Positions 63,166 to 64,000 of a stretch of DNA of 64,000 nt are shown one piece after another. Source of the stretch: Yuukianura sp. NJ FZ-2021 (Eukaryota); the NCBI GenBank assembly GCA_046563655.1, contig CM102284.1, forward strand, positions 1,488,001 through 1,552,000. The letters are read 5' to 3'. Both the position numbers and the translations under genes were made by a program. The notes below the pieces were generated by a model. That model was not told where the DNA came from and did no database searches. It saw only the letters and a list, made by a program, of their open reading frames with translations. Numbering within the stretch: position 1 is the stretch's first letter; every line of letters starts with the position of its first letter.

Positions 63166-63564
63166 CAAGTAAACAGCCAAATATTCCGACCTGGGCTCGA
63201 ACCCGAGTCCCTATTCCAGAGGAAAGAGCCAAAAAAATTTTTGTAAATAATTTAAATATTTTTTATGTCAAATCTTCAACAGATAACTTCCAGATTGTGT
63301 GACATAACATGCTAAACATATTTTATGTTGAAGAATCCGACAATTTTTTTTTCATTTTTCTGGAGTGTGGCTATACCGACACCCGAAACTACTGTAGAAA
63401 TTTTTTTTTGAATATACAGAATAAGATTTCTTTTTTAAATTGGAAAACTTGACGACAGGCTGAGCATATTCCCTCGTGAGTCACATAAGTCCAATTAGAT
63501 CAATTGAATATGATTTGACTCATGTAAGAATTTGGTTGATTTAGTTGATTATGTAGACATTGAA

Positions 63565-63700
63565 TTATGCATTACATATAATTCAATTACATGATTTTCA
63601 TTATGTAAATTAAATTACATTAGCAGAATTAATATTCACCGAATTACATAAGCTCAATTACAATAGCCGAACTTACATAAATTCAGTTACATCAATTCAA
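63565..63700. repeat. Degenerate ~15-bp tandem repeat with AATTACAT core
   Basis: Repeated caattacat, aaattacat, gaattacat and agttacat units. Confidence 0.6.
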
Positions 63701-63720
63701 TCAGGCTAAGCCTTAATCTT

Positions 63721-64000
63721 TTAACCTAAAATTCCCGAAAGGAGTTTCTTAGTGATACAAGCCTTAGTATTTGAATACCCAGCTATGCTGCTACAAACTT
63801 GTCCTGCTGCGCAGTCGCTGTCTTTGGAACAAATACAGTTGTCCAATAGAGCGCAATGTGCTAGTGCTTGTGGGTCGATGTCATTGGCGTCACTGTCACC
63901 TCTAAGTCGATGCCCAAAGTCATTTAGAAAAACACCGTTTGGATCATACTTATTCATCAGATTCAAAAATTCCTGTTTCGCTCCAGCATCCAAATTTAAA
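63721..64000 (-). CDS. C-terminal end of a fourth, convergently oriented gulonolactone oxidase-like gene (runs off the right edge)
   Basis: 'KYDPNGVFLNDFG...HCALLDNCICSKDSDCAAGQVC...AC' matches the last exon of copies 1-3. Confidence 0.85.
   Translation of the reverse strand, partial: LNLDAGAKQEFLNLMNKYDPNGVFLNDFGHRLRGDSDANDIDPQALAHCALLDNCICSKDSDCAAGQVCSSIAGYSNTKACITKKLLSGILG

Noticed and set aside
63185-63228. tRNA-like box B on the minus strand (GGACTCGGGTTCGAGCCCAGGTCGGA)
   Set aside because: Only a T-arm-like 3' half is present, with no D-arm or full cloverleaf. At most a SINE or tRNA remnant, so no tRNA was called.

Overview
AT-rich, gene-dense eukaryotic (animal) genomic DNA with short spliceosomal introns. 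The gene content (divergent intronless ionotropic receptors, divergent GR-like chemoreceptors, bacterial-type UGTs, an NRPS-type gene, plant-type gulonolactone oxidases) suggests a basal hexapod such as a springtail; this is inference. Left to right: the 5' end of an NRPS-like adenylation-domain gene head-to-head with a sarcosine/pipecolate oxidase; three tandem cytosolic (bacterial MGT/YjiC-like) UDP-glycosyltransferases, one frameshifted and one carrying an intronic Helitron; VWA8; orphan 3' exons of a FAX/GST-like gene; two IR-like genes with decayed remnants between them; an intronless membrane-anchored ACC-deaminase/D-cysteine-desulfhydrase-like gene; four GR-like 7TM genes; a divergent cystathionine gamma-lyase plus a truncated copy; a WS/DGAT-like acyltransferase; GNPDA; a secreted Der p 7-like protein; a small 4-TM protein; an SLC35G-like transporter; and four plant-type L-gulonolactone oxidase-like genes with a solo LTR between copies 2 and 3. 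The most interesting signal is a possible animal biosynthetic gene cluster (NRPS A-domain lacking the alpha-amino-binding Asp + flavin amine oxidase + glycosyltransferases) in a region rich in HGT-like enzymes. All exon boundaries and homologies were read by eye; no database searches were run.
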